Shown piece by piece: positions 26,097 to 39,072 of a stretch of 64,000 nt of DNA. Origin of the DNA: Tubiluchus corallicola (lineage: Eukaryota > Animalia > Priapulida); contig JAQGDQ010000671.1 of the NCBI GenBank assembly GCA_030141605.1, positions 51,336-115,335 of the forward strand. The letters run 5' to 3'. How positions within the stretch are numbered: the first letter of the stretch is position 1; every line of letters begins with the position of its first letter. Under the pieces are notes generated by a model, which had not been told where the DNA came from, did not search any database, and saw only the letters and a list, made by a program, of their open reading frames with translations. A program made the translations under genes and the position numbers.

Positions 26097-28173
26097 GCTA
26101 GCATCGGCATTATCATCATTATTATTATCATCATCATCATCATCAGTAGGAATAGGCCCTGCAATCGTTGTTGGATACCAACTTGTGGGAAACCAAACTG
26201 TATAAAAATGGCTATTGTATTGGTGAGACCCTTGACGCTTTTTGACGATAATTAGCGGGACCAAAAATCCTTGACGCTTTCTTGATAAAATTACTTCCTC
26301 GTGGTTACTTAATGCTGGTTTCATCATTGGCGCCATTAACGTTGCTTAACGTTAATCAGGTAGGATGCCTTTTTTGCACAAAAACGCGTTGTCTTTCAAG
26401 TAGCTCATTTTATCTAGAAAAAAGTCAGGTTTGCTCCTTAGCAAAATGCATTATGCAAGTTAAGCGCAGAACTATACGGCAATAACGACTATGTAAACTG
26501 AGCAACGGGATAATTTTGCTAAGCATATATCATCATAATACTTATTTTTATTGACTTATTATCTTGAATCTTAAAAAATGTTAAAGCTTTTACTGACGAA
26601 TTATAGAATCATAATTTTATTTACATAGTTGTCATCATCGACCGTAACTGATAACTGATCTGACGCAGCTGTTATGTGCAATTCATGCCACTTATCATCT
26701 AGTAACGTAACGCCCTGAGGTAGTGACACTTGACATCTAAAAGAACAAAAAACTTGAAAGCAGCCAGAAAATAGTAAAAAGTGAACTACACAAAAGCAAA
26801 ACTTTGACTCTATGAACACCTTGATAACCTTTGAGGACAGTCTGAATATTTGAACAATTCGCCGAAAGTCCTCATAGTTTATAAAAATTCCCACGTGGTG
26901 ACTGGGCTTAAGTAGTCAAATCTGACATTTTATGTGAGGTATCTTTGAATAAGTACAATGCTAAATCGGCTACACTCTAAGGCGTATAAGGAGTATACAC
27001 ATTCATGCGGAAATGGGAAAAGTTAATTACTTTTAGCAGTAGGCTCCGAATGTGCGTGAAACCTCATGAGGTTCTTATCATGCAAAAGTCAATAAAACCA
27101 TTTTACACTTAAAATCCACGTTCCACACTTACAGCCTCGAATGTAATATACCTGCCGGATTGCAGATTGCAGTTTATATGTATATACTCTAGTAATTTAA
27201 CAATCATAAATGATGATGATCGTAATGGTGCACTCCAACAATGATGAAAATGATGATGATGATAACGATGACGATGATGATGATGATGATGATGGGGGGG
27301 GGGTTAGTATGAGAATAACTGTGATAATAGTGATACGCACTTTTTGTCGCCGACTTGTAGTTCGATACACTCTTTTCTCCCGCATGCAACATGAAAGATA
27401 TCCACTGTAATCGTTTCCATGTTGCGTATAATTGATAATATCCCACGACGATGATATGGCTGATCAGAATTCATATTAATCATAGTACGAAATTCAATTT
27501 CCTCGACTTTTGCGTTTGTTTTGGGGGATTCCATTGCAACGTTACACCTTCCTATGCTTCCTACTAATTCTATGACTTCGTAAACATTTCTTTCAGTCCC
27601 TGAAAAAGACAACTGCCACAGACTGTTGTTGAATTGACTTAAAGAACTGAAAAATCGACAGGAAAATAAGTAAATTCATATTCAGAGTTTGAAGAAATGA
27701 TGATAAAAGTTTAAATCTGTTTTAGAAAAAAGCTTAGTACATGCACACCTAGTTGAAGAACTTTCACCAGGATACTTATACAAACAACGATAAGTGAAGC
27801 ATTTACTGTCTTAATGTACCATAGACATTGTTATAAAAAATTGTGTAATCTTGGTGAGATCACAATATGTGGAACATTTGATCATGGATGAGAAATCAGC
27901 AGAAGGGGATAGGAGGGGAAGGAAGTGTATAAAGAAACCTAATAGTCTGAAGAATTGTTGACCTAATGATTAACTTAACGATATGCGCTTATAAAGTTTA
28001 AACATTCTATAACGACTTAATCAACTAGCTCGTGTAACTAAAAAGAATCCCATTAAATTCTATTTACAGACTATTTACAGTTTATCTTACTTACCAAAGT
28101 GACTTGCTGTGTTGATATCTCGAACCTTCACTGCCAAGATCATTATCATCACAACCATATTTAGGTACCCCAT
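23920..28173 (-). CDS. Secreted 216-aa protein with laminin-G/ConA-like motif, paralog B (5 exons)
   Basis: Exons 28173-28095 (signal-peptide-like MGYLNMVVMIMILAVKV..), 27599-27341, 26736-26625 (LLDDKWHELHITAASDQLSVTVDD, a LamG-like DxxWHxxxI...LxVD motif), 25736-25608 and 23991-23920 (DAPSTVMKTAHCTMEDGRLALEL*). Junctions are GT-AG, phases 1,2,0,0, giving a 651-nt open frame. Confidence 0.75.
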
Positions 28174-29683
28174 ATTAGAGAACGGACTTGATTGTAAACA
28201 GCTAGTTGAAAATTATAGCGCCAGTCTGACAAGAAGCTGGATGTTCTCGAGGAGTAGCTTAAAGCTATAATAGCAGGCCCTCTAATTTGTCTTTGAAAAA
28301 CTCAACTGTTGCCATGTCTGTCTATTTCAATGTCACGCTGTGTTACATGGATAATAAATTACAGAAATAATTTCAGAACATGGCTGTATTCCTGCCATTT
28401 TATGACTCGCGTTGGGTGTTATAGAAAATCTATGAAAATAGACAGGTTTTCTAGAAATAGAAAATACGAAAATCAAAAATAACTGTTCTACGTTTAAATT
28501 GTCAAAAGTTATTACGAACCCACAATACTTAGACAAATTCCACTAAAATGCAGCTAAAGAAAAGTTATCAGCGTGAATTGTTCTTCTGGCTGATTTCTGC
28601 TTTTACTCAACGTACCTAACTGAGCATTATGCAGTTACCCAAGAGTGATATGAGAACTTTGTCTCAACTGGCGCGTAATGTATGTTAGTATCACTGGTTA
28701 TGACACCTAGCTATGGCACTGCGAAATTCATGTAAGGTGAACATGAATATGTTAATGGATTTTCACAGATAAAAGTTATTATTTGGCTTAAAGCTTAAGT
28801 TTTACAGTTGAAGTCAAGAAAGAAGAAAAGTTTTTATAGATTTCGGAAATACAATAATGGGAGCATGCCTTATCTGAAATTAATAAGTGTCCTGCTGGAA
28901 TTATTGTAATTATTTGTAGCGCGTTTTGATACACTTATTGTCATCGTCATTATCATCATCGTTGTCATTAAAATTATATGAATACGAACAGAACCACAGA
29001 CAGATGGATACACGCACGCACGCACATAGACACACTTTAAACACAAACAATAAAAAAGCCAGTTTTATGAAAAACTAAAAGACGTATTCAGCGTGAATTT
29101 GAAAACTGCATCTTTATTATTTTACTATAGCTATATGCTAGTTCCACAACAACAGCATTTGAGTCAATTATACGTCCATTTTCGTACAGTTACAATATAT
29201 ACCTACATATCTATTATAAACAACAAATCTGTTCTTGTTATGTTCTACAAGACTATTTTCTAATTTCCTCAGTATGAGCACTTCGACAATTGTTTTAGTA
29301 ACCATGGCATAGACACTAAACATGCATTTTCTCGTTGCCTTACCGATTTCGATATTGTTAATTTCATTATAAAGTTGGAGTTCTTTCTGTTAAAATTTAC
29401 TATGGTAGTTTAACATAATTATTTTTTCTAAACTTTTTTAGTTATACGTTACAAAATCTGTATTATTGCTACACAAAAATTTACACGATGCTTACATATG
29501 TGTTAATGACAAATTAGCAACCCCAAAAGCTGACAAAAATTACATGGTTTATATCACATTTTTACTATGTGTCCCAAACGTGTTAGCATTAAGCTGCTTC
29601 AGTCTAAGTAAATATATCCCAGAGTTCAAAGTTAGTTTTTAATTTGAAAATAAGATATCTTTCTTCTGAGACTCGCCATGGTC

Positions 29684-29891
29684 ATAATCGTAAAAGAAGT
29701 CAAAATGCCCACAAATCTCAAAAATTCTTTATTTTACTCAAAAGCTTTTGTCCCTCGCGGACTTTTATCTGTAATTTTTATTATTGTATCTTTCTGCGCA
29801 GCTGATGAAGTCCGCGAGGAACGAAAAGTCTTGAGTAAAATAAAGAATTTTTGAGATTTATGGGCATTTTGACTTCTTCTTTTACTATTAT
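29684..29891. repeat. Inverted repeat (arms about 29684-29771 and 29802-29891, 30-nt spacer) of a Penelope-like/retrozyme-like hammerhead cassette
   Basis: The right arm ctgatgaagtccgcgaggaacgaaaagtcttgagtaaaataaagaatttttgagatttatgggcattttgacttc aligns almost base for base with the reverse complement of the left arm, cagataaaagtccgcgagggacaaaagcttttgagtaaaataaagaatttttgagatttgtgggcattttgacttc. Confidence 0.9.
29797..29835 (+). ncRNA. Minimal type-I hammerhead ribozyme motif
   Basis: Core CUGAUGA (29802-29808) plus an extra A, helix II GUCC-GCGA-GGA(A)C, GAAA (29823-29826), GUC triplet (29828-29830), and a short helix I cgcag/uugag with one mismatch. The near-absent helix III is typical of Penelope-associated hammerheads. 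Confidence 0.6.
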
Positions 29892-29936
29892 TTCTTAATT
29901 TATCATCAGAAAATTTTGTCTCAATTATTGATGTCT

Positions 29937-30477
29937 TCATTCAACAGGCACGAAACCAATTCGGCCACCATCGTCCACTTTGCAGGTAAAGGCAGTCATG
30001 TCTATGTCCTGCAAAAATATAAAAAGTCAGCTAAACGTTTTATTTGTTTTCGTAGAAATAACAAAAACGTTCAAACACGGGCTCGACAAGGAGCAAATCA
30101 AAAAGTTATACATGTCCAAACTTATAAGTATTATATCTTGGTAATTTTTTGCAAGTTTGTGATGTCAAATTAAAAGGTATAAAGGTAAGGGAAGCAGCTT
30201 GGAAAAGATGCTTTTAATTCCTTGCTGTGTTAAAATGCACTTACATGGTTTCCAGGATTAACAACGTCACTCTCAGTGTAATCAAACTCATTCTCATCAC
30301 TAATTTCCATTAGCGAATTTCGTAAAGCAGAGCAGGTCGTTCCGCCAACCTATGTAAAATAAGAGATTAAGTACATTTCTAGTAGACATGAGCATAGCTT
30401 CATCTCAGAGTTGTCTGCCAACTTCCTCCTCCTTTCTCTTGCTCTCTCCCCCCTCACTCTCTCGCTTTCTCTCTCCC

Positions 30478-30508
<31 letters not shown>

Positions 30509-30866
30509 TTCTTCTAAGCTGCTAAGTAAATAATGCATGCTTAACAAACTGAAACTAACAAATCTAGTTAAATTCTCTTATCATACAGAATCTTTTTGAG
30601 AAAATGATATCTCTTAATGTCTTTATCATAAACAAGTTTATTGTTTAGTAATTATTTAGTAATCTCTATTGTTGATAATAACCAAAATAGTTTTATTTGA
30701 TAATATATTAATAGCATTCTAACATCCTATCATATGTCACTAATAGCATATACGCTTTAATGTACCTTTTCGAGCACATAGATATATACATTTTTACCCA
30801 CGCACGACCGCACGCCCACACGCACATGCACACGACCGACCGCCTATCCGCACACACACACACGCA

Positions 30867-30920
<54 letters not shown>

Positions 30921-33900
30921 TACACAAGTTTTTAAATTAATACGTCTTCAACAGAGCAAAACGTGTGTTTACTATGAGTGAAGTACCATATCAGCCTTAC
31001 CTTATTCAGCTTTTTCGGAACAAAGGCTAAGTTTGCAACGGTAATTTCGATATTTTTTAAAGCATGAATTGCTTCAGCAGTAAACTCTGATTTTTTTGAT
31101 TTTACTCTCCGTACTTCGCTTGCCTAAAATAATTATAAAAAACTTACTGTGTTTCATCGCAACTAATACACATAAGCGTGAAATGCAGCAAAAAATCTGA
31201 AAAGTAACCCTTGCCTGAGTTACCCTATTGCTATGTGAGTCACAAGATATACAATTACTTGTGACACAGGCAACAACAAGTACTACATGATCCAAAAAAC
31301 AAATCACAATAAATTGTAAGCAACGGTAAGTACGGGTTGGCAAACTACAAGCACATGTTGTTGGTACATATAAGATACAATAATTATACAAGATACAACA
31401 TTCACGTTCAAGCACTATAAATAATCACAAATAGAATTAGTAGCAATTATAATGATTCAGAAAACTTGCTATCACTGACCTTAAGCCAACTGTACTTATT
31501 TACTCCATATCGTTATAGATATAACAAACTATAGAAACTGATCTTATTATTTTTCATACAACATTCAGTTAACAAAGAAGTAAAGACTACATAAGTTTTT
31601 ATATACAATATTTTTCACCACTTGTATAAATTTATCACATAGTAATGCATTTCTTTTACAGTAAATTTCCCTTAGTTCCCGGTGGGGCAGAGCATCGATA
31701 AGATGATTTCTGACTTCTTGGTCTACTAAAATGCAATTAAAGAATGGATGGTCCGAAGTTTGCGCTTCCCCACTATGACAAATCTTTGGCTATGGCATTG
31801 ATTTGTTGTTGCTTCCCTAATGTTGTATAAAAAACAGCATGTTTCTCTTTTCAATGCTAAGTTTAGTGCTTTGGTTTCTACCCACCTTTGCATATTATTT
31901 AATGGCAAATTTAGTGGCTATCTAGTTGGTTTTCGATGTTGGATGGATGGATTCTACACCTCCACTGAGAACTGAAATCTGACACATTCTGGTTTAGTCA
32001 AACGTAAATTAATATGCCTTAGACTACCGAGACCTTTATTTCTCATATTAACTCCTTTACATATTTTTACGAAAGTTTTTTCTCTACAGAGTTTTACAGG
32101 GTGATTATTTATTCGACGTTTAAAGGTAATGCTTCACAGAGAGTTGCTTGCTTAAGTAAGTCCTCGTCTGGGCAGCTCAACGATTCTAATATAAGTTTAC
32201 TGACTATGCAAAAAAACTGCGTCTACTAAAGGAATACGACAAATACATTCAGAATCAGATTTTCTGAGATTGTACCCTACCCCCACAGCAGCGTTCATTA
32301 CGTCATACCATAAATTGAGCGAAATGTTAGTCTCTTTTTCTCTTTTTCTTTTAATTCTATGATTAGGGGCTGCGTCGTTGGGTTAGGTACTGACATGGGC
32401 ATAGGCATGAGCAGTAAACAAATCGGAATGTTTATCGCTTGGAGGAGGAGAAGGAGGACAAGAAACCAAGTGGTTGTATCAACTGCGAAGCCCACAGTTT
32501 AAAATCCTCAAGTGCGAATAGTAAGTTGGAGTTTTGTTTAAATTGCTAAAGTTTATGTGACACTAACTTTTACAAAAATTAAAATTTGTGAGAGCAACTT
32601 CGGCGCTCGTTGAGTAATGCAATTCCTGGTCAGTTTTTTATCTTCTAGTTATGAGAATTAATTAAGAGAATTGAGGCTGTAGAAAATACTTCATCTAAAA
32701 TACTTATCAAAACTCGGATGTATAATAGCCTACTGCGGAAATGCTATAAAAGTACAAATTATGTTGCTATCAACTAGCTGGAGAGATTACAAAGGTTATA
32801 AATATATAAAAGGTTATAAATAGGCATTAAAGCTAAATACATAATGAGGATCTTACACATTTGACTCCATTAATGTACAGGGTAAGCGTTTTCTTTTTAG
32901 CAGACGTTCGTACATCCTGTATCACCACCAAAGTGCGTCCCGATATTGTGCATTGATCATTGTTCAGCTGCATATGAACACTGGAACAAAGGCAATGATT
33001 AGAGCAGCAAAACGCTTATGAAAGCTACCAGGCTATCTATTTTTTAAATGGGTAGGACAAATTTCGTGACTTTTTGCTCAGATCAGAAAATACAGACAGC
33101 AGGAAACAGTTGAACGCATTTATTACTATACTGTGATTCTGTTAGCCAAGAAAAGAGACTAAATTTCCAAAGATGATTAATAGACGGTAATATTTGTGAC
33201 ATCCACATACTGAGAAGGAAACCTTTAGTATTCACAAAGTGCACTTGTAAATATATCAAAAGAAAATTTCATTACTGACATATGTTGTAATATCTAACTG
33301 TTTAAATGATCTGCAAAGTTTAGTTCATTTTATGGCTGTACCGAAATTATGAAATACAGTATACTCAAATACAAACCAGAACTAGTTGTCCTCACATAGA
33401 TGCCAAATTAACGATTTGGCATATTACGTAACAACTTTACTTCTTTTTGCACTGGAATATTTCCTGATAAATTCAAAAGCGCTATAGTGGTGGCACTTCA
33501 CACATCTGAATGTACAACTTCGCTTAACAATTATAGCCCAATTTCTATATATCTACAGTATCAAAAATCTTAGAAAGGCCTGTGTTTATTCGTCTTACAA
33601 AATTTCTCAATAAAAATAATATTTTGTTTGATTTTAGTTTTGCTCTTGCGAGTCTATGAATAATACTGAATGCTGCAAAAAATACTGAGTTGCTTTGGTT
33701 TAAAAACTGTCTGTATGACAGAACCCAAGTTGTTGAAACACACGGTGAATGGTCTAACTCTATGTCAATTAAATGTGGTGTAACCCAGAGGCCTATCCTA
33801 GGACCACTGCTATTTCTAATTTTTGTGAATGTTAAATGATTAAACTTCAGACTTTTTAGTGATGACACGAAATTTTTTGTGCAGATGGTTCGTCAGCAAA

Positions 33901-34849
33901 CATACAAGACATAGTTAATATTGAAATTTAAGCAATTGGTTTCACACTATTAGATTATCTCTTAATTTGAAAAAAATATATAAAATATATATCATTTTTA
34001 TATAACTTGCTATTATGTTACGGTTCAGCCTATGATACGTCATACGACCTTTACAAGCACTACAAAATAGATGTATTACAGTAATATTTAAATATCCACT
34101 ACTAACAAATCGCAATCATATATATTACACACGTAGATTTTTAAAAAATTAATGAATTGCATTGTCCTGAGTGTTTATTATTTATGTATAAATATTTTGA
34201 TAATCTGCTCCTCCAGCTTTCTTGAGTTTTTAATACCCATTCAACAAATTCATAGTTATTACACTCGTAAGGCAGTTGCCAGTTACTATCCTGCTGCTTT
34301 TCATAATCATGGGCATCGTAACCCCTCATAACACCAGTATTCAACTCTGGGCTCAAATTTCCCACTGTTGTCAAAAACTATCCATTACGCTTGTTTAAGA
34401 ACCAACTTGTGTTTTTCTTAAATAACCAACTTTTACTGTACATACAACATTAGTATCATTAGTTTGAATTTACTTGTATATTGTGTGTTTTAATGCTGTT
34501 TTTTCATGTTTTGTTTTTTAACGTATTCACTAACATTTAAATTACCTCAGCACTAATGCTTGCCACACTCCAGTGTGAGGCACGAAAGCATAAGCTCCTC
34601 CTCATTCCGAGATTGGTTTGTACTAACCCTTAGTAAAAGTATTATTGTTATTAGTATTTTGAAATGTGTGATGTGTGTATATTATTTGACAATATTTATA
34701 TGTGTACGTTTGTACAAATCAGCTAAATAAAAAATCTAAATCTAAAAGTTTAATAGCGAAAAACGTATTCTTCAGGTTATAATTTTTGACAGTCTTGGTA
34801 ACATTGTATAATCTGCACTATTTCTAAAAATTGCATCATTAATGTATCA

Positions 34850-34899
<50 letters not shown>

Positions 34900-37777
34900 T
34901 TATAATTAAGTTAAAACTTTGCCTTTGCCTTATAAAAATAAAAATTTAAAGTTAAAGTCATTTAATCATCATCATCATCATCGAGGTCGTCTTCGTCGTC
35001 ATCGTCATCATCATCGTCACCATCACCATTATCATTATCATCATCATCATCATCATAATCATCATCATCATCATCCTCATCATCATCCTTGTTTTTAACT
35101 CCCGATAAAACTTGCACTTACGTTGCGCCATCAGCGGTTTTAACTGAAAATGAGGCATCTCTTCCAGACGTTTTTTCGTTATATGTGATTTTTATCCGTT
35201 CTTTGCCTGAAGTATCCTTAATGACGAGGATAATATTTTCTCCCTCGGGTTGTTCTTTAGCAGGAAAACTAATTATACCCGAAAATGCCCAACTATCCAC
35301 GTTTACTGATGCCAGCTGATGTTCTACGATGTAATCATTACTTCCACTACCAACAATGATTACTTGCAGCTCTTCTGTGGTGTAATCACTATGTGCTGTA
35401 ACATTTTTAATACTTCAGTAAAGCGATTTAAAATTTTTAAATGAGGTAGCACAATGGTTTTTATAAACATATTTTTATTTATTATTGTTCACATATAATG
35501 TGGTCTTTGGTCACACGAGGCAACATCCAAAATAAATTTTACAAGATTCTGCTGGAAACAATGCATAACAAAATGTGATTGCATGATCTGTTTCCTTACT
35601 TAAACCTACCAGTATTCCAGGTGAAGTTTGTGAACTACTTCCAAAAGTGTAGTGTTTTGGTCATAGTTTAACAAAGGACTACCATTTAAAAGAAGAAAAA
35701 TTAAAGACTCGGTGTCTAAACTGAACACATTAATTGTTATTATACTATTTTGATACATGGATGATAAACTGTTTACAAGTTGCTCTCTACTTGCATTATA
35801 AAGAGAGCATCCGAGCAGGAAAAATACGACTGATTCAGCAACAAAACCACAAAAACATTTTTCATCCACAATTTTGCCATACTGATCTTTCAATTATGCT
35901 TATTTAAATGCCCATTTAAGTACAATGCTTTCGTGTCATAATTAAAGACATAATTAAATGCTTCTTGTCATAATACTGTAGATCAAGACAATAAACTGAC
36001 CTACAACACTGTAAAGGCCGACGTGTTTTTATTAATCAAGATTTTGTAAAAGATGGAATGAAGAGTTAGGAAACCACAGGCCTAGAGATTTTTGTTTCTT
36101 TTCATTCGCGAGCGCTAGAGTCGCGGATCTATGTTAACCTGTACGCTGATTTTTCATCGTTTCATCATTTTGTTAGGCCATTTTTTAATTCACGGTAACT
36201 CGCAAAGGCAGAGAGCCAGAGTTACGAAACTTGCAGGTTAAATACCTGATGTACGGATTTTGAAAATGCTGTGGTGAACGGTGACTTCGGTCAAAGACTA
36301 AAGGACATGTCTTTCGAGCGCTTCATTTCTTTAGAGCCTGTTGGCTTGGATGGGGTCAATAGGAATAAAAAGTTCATTTGTCCAGTGTAAGAGTAAAATG
36401 TTCATTTTTTAGATTTTTACTTACTTTCGGGTCTGTTGATTTTTGCAAAAAAAAAACAAAGATATAACATCCAGAGTAAAACTTCACCTTAGATTTTGAA
36501 AAGACAAAATGTCTTTTTTAGGCTCTGGTCACTTGTTATTTTCACGAATTTCAGTTGAGTTCAATTTTCTTAAGTTCACCTTGAAAATCACAATTTTACG
36601 AAAACTTTAAGGCCCATTTTACACAGAAGATGCAATGCAAAACTTTAAGAGGGAAAAAACTTGTGGGATTTCTTGCGAAAATGGAACACTTTTCTATCTA
36701 TGGCGCAAGTTACGATCATCGCTTTCCTCGCGAGGACCTCCAGAAAAAGAGCATGTTCCCTTTTCGTTCATTCACCTTTTAAGCAGTTTCTGCTATTAAG
36801 GTAATGTACGCCAGTATAATTTATTACAGTTGTTATGCGACTGAGCTTAAGTTTTGCATAGATTTCTAAAAGTTTCTCATGTAATCTCACACAGAGCAGT
36901 AAGCCAAAGATAAGAGTCGTTTCTTTCAGGTAATTCTTTCTTCACTGGATGTCAAGATAAGTAATGCCAAATGACACGCAGTAGTTCATCAAAATTATTT
37001 GAACTCATCCGGTAATAACTAAAGAACTTACTTCAGCGCGTAAGTCCTCATAGAGCATATGAAAACTCGCTAACTAGTTATTGGGTAAGTCTAACATTTT
37101 TAGTGTCTATTTGTTTCCTATGAATTAATATGTACGCGAGTACAGACAACCTCTTCAATCTCTATAGTGCCAGTTACACAATTTAGTATTGATGTCAGCG
37201 CGCCGGATTTTAGTTCACCTGTAAAATTATTGCAACTTATTATTAACTTAAACATTAATTGTGCAATTGAAAATAGCATGTCTGCGCGGAGCCTAAGAAC
37301 AGCAGCTACCTGGACGCGCGTGAAAAACGTTTCTGTGTGTAATGAACATTCTTGCTTGCATGTTCGCTTGCATGCGGTTATCGAGAAAAAAAAACGAAAA
37401 TTTTCTGAAGGTTTTCTGATTTTCTGACAACAATTCCGTGCGTAATTTCCCTTGCGTCTTCTCTATGAAATGGGCATAATATACCTTTTTGCATAATATA
37501 CTGTGGCCTTTATATCCTATTTCGTGGCAACGATATACTGCACGTTGTCGTCATCGTCATGCGTTGGAATATCGTGGTCATAACATAGTTTTTCACGACC
37601 GTAACTTATTAGTATTTTGCAACCAAAATACATACAATAGCATCAAATGTCATTTAGGGGTTTGTTTACAGCTGCGATGTTTACTCCTTTAACATATTGC
37701 TGACTTGCATAACACTTACCCGTTGGAAAGTTAGTCGTCAACACCAACATCACAAATATTATCAGTAATATTTCCAT
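29937..37777 (-). CDS. Secreted 216-aa protein with laminin-G/ConA-like motif, paralog A (5 exons)
   Basis: Exons 37777-37720 (signal peptide MEILLIIFVMLVLTTNFPT), 35395-35122, 32980-32857 (..KKTLTLYINGVKC), 31123-31001 (..SEFTAEAIHAL..) and 30008-29937 (DIDMTAFTCKVDDGGRIGFVPVE*). Junctions are GT-AG, phases 1,2,0,0 as in paralog B, giving a 651-nt open frame. Candidate TATA (minus-strand TATATAAA) at 37981-37988. Confidence 0.75.
33380..34745 (+). mobile_element. Decayed CR1/L2-like LINE (RT fragment plus 3' UTR) in intron 2 of paralog A, antisense
   Basis: Broken frames read FPDKFKSAIVV..NNYSPIS..SKILER, WFKNCLYDRTQVV...CGVTQRPILGPLLFLIFVN and FRLFSDDT. It ends in aataaa plus a short (aaatct) repeat tail. 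Confidence 0.8.
35606..35990 (-). mobile_element. LINE ORF2 C-terminal (Cys-His) fragment
   Basis: CFCGFVAESVVFFLLGCSLYNASREQL...LLNG matches the CxCGxxxEsxxHffLxCxxYxxxR C-terminal motif of non-LTR retrotransposons. Confidence 0.65.
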
Positions 37778-38129
37778 GATTAATTACTGAATGTTAGTTT
37801 CTTCTGTGCTTACCGATATTGATTCTTGCCACTTATATTCAGCATCTTGTTGAAATGATTAGTGAGGCGAGCAACGCCTCTCTCAAGGCCGCATATATCG
37901 CCGTTAATGGTAAAAATCAACTATTTTACGTCAAATGTAACGGCTAAGCAAAGTTTCGGATTTATTGCAACCAGTTTTACTTTATATACTTGCTTGTTCA
38001 TACTTGCCCTAGGCTCTTAGTTTGCAAGAAGAATCTTCCGTACACGAAAATGATTTTTTTGCGATTCCAGCATACTTGTTGGTATAAGTCACAGTTCTAC
38101 TCGTGACAGCTATATACACCCGGTCGTGG

Positions 38130-38923
38130 TACGCTGACATTTCGATACACACATTTGGACACAGGACGTTTCGCCACAAGTAACTTGGGCACATAGGTCA
38201 TTTGGACACATCATTTAGACACAATGCTATTTCGACACATAGGTCATTTGGACCCAAGGGGATTTGGATATATAGATCATTTGGACACGACGCGATTTGG
38301 ATACACAGGTCGTTCCTACACAGGACATTTGACACAGGTTGTGCAATTTATTGTTTGCGTTACCATTTAATCTGAAGCAAATATCAGCTTATACAAAAAT
38401 ATTCCAAAAATCAGCCTATAAATTAGTAATGAAATTTCTCACTCAATTTAGTTAAAAACAGCTAATTACTTATAATGTTAATATAAGTAGTTATACAAAA
38501 AAATGATAATTAATATACTACGATAGTATAATGATAAATAACTACTATAGTACACGTCATAGCTTTTCTTTATGCACTTAAGACATTACACTAATTTTCA
38601 CATTTGCACACCTATTTGCACGTCTAACATGCTTATACTAAAAATTACCACATGACTGACGAGCCAACTACCTTCTGTACTAACAGAATCCAGGTACCTA
38701 ACTACAGCACTGTTTGTCACACGGGTCATTTGGCCGCATAGGACATTTGGAACATGGGACATCTCGACACAAGGACATTTGGACACACAGAATATTTGGA
38801 CAAATAGGTCATTTGGACAGAAGGACATTTGGATACATGCGACATTTAGGCACAAGGACATTTGGACACATAGGACATTTGGAGACAGGACATTTCGACG
38901 AAAAGACATTTGGGGCAACTTGC

Positions 38924-38971
<48 letters not shown>

Positions 38972-38975
38972 TGTT

Positions 38976-39072
<97 letters not shown>

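Noticed and set aside
25912-26336. ORF with a signal-peptide-like start and poly-Ser (25912-26205)
   Set aside because: It lies antisense within intron 3 of paralog B and is held open by an (ATC)n repeat; there is no other support.
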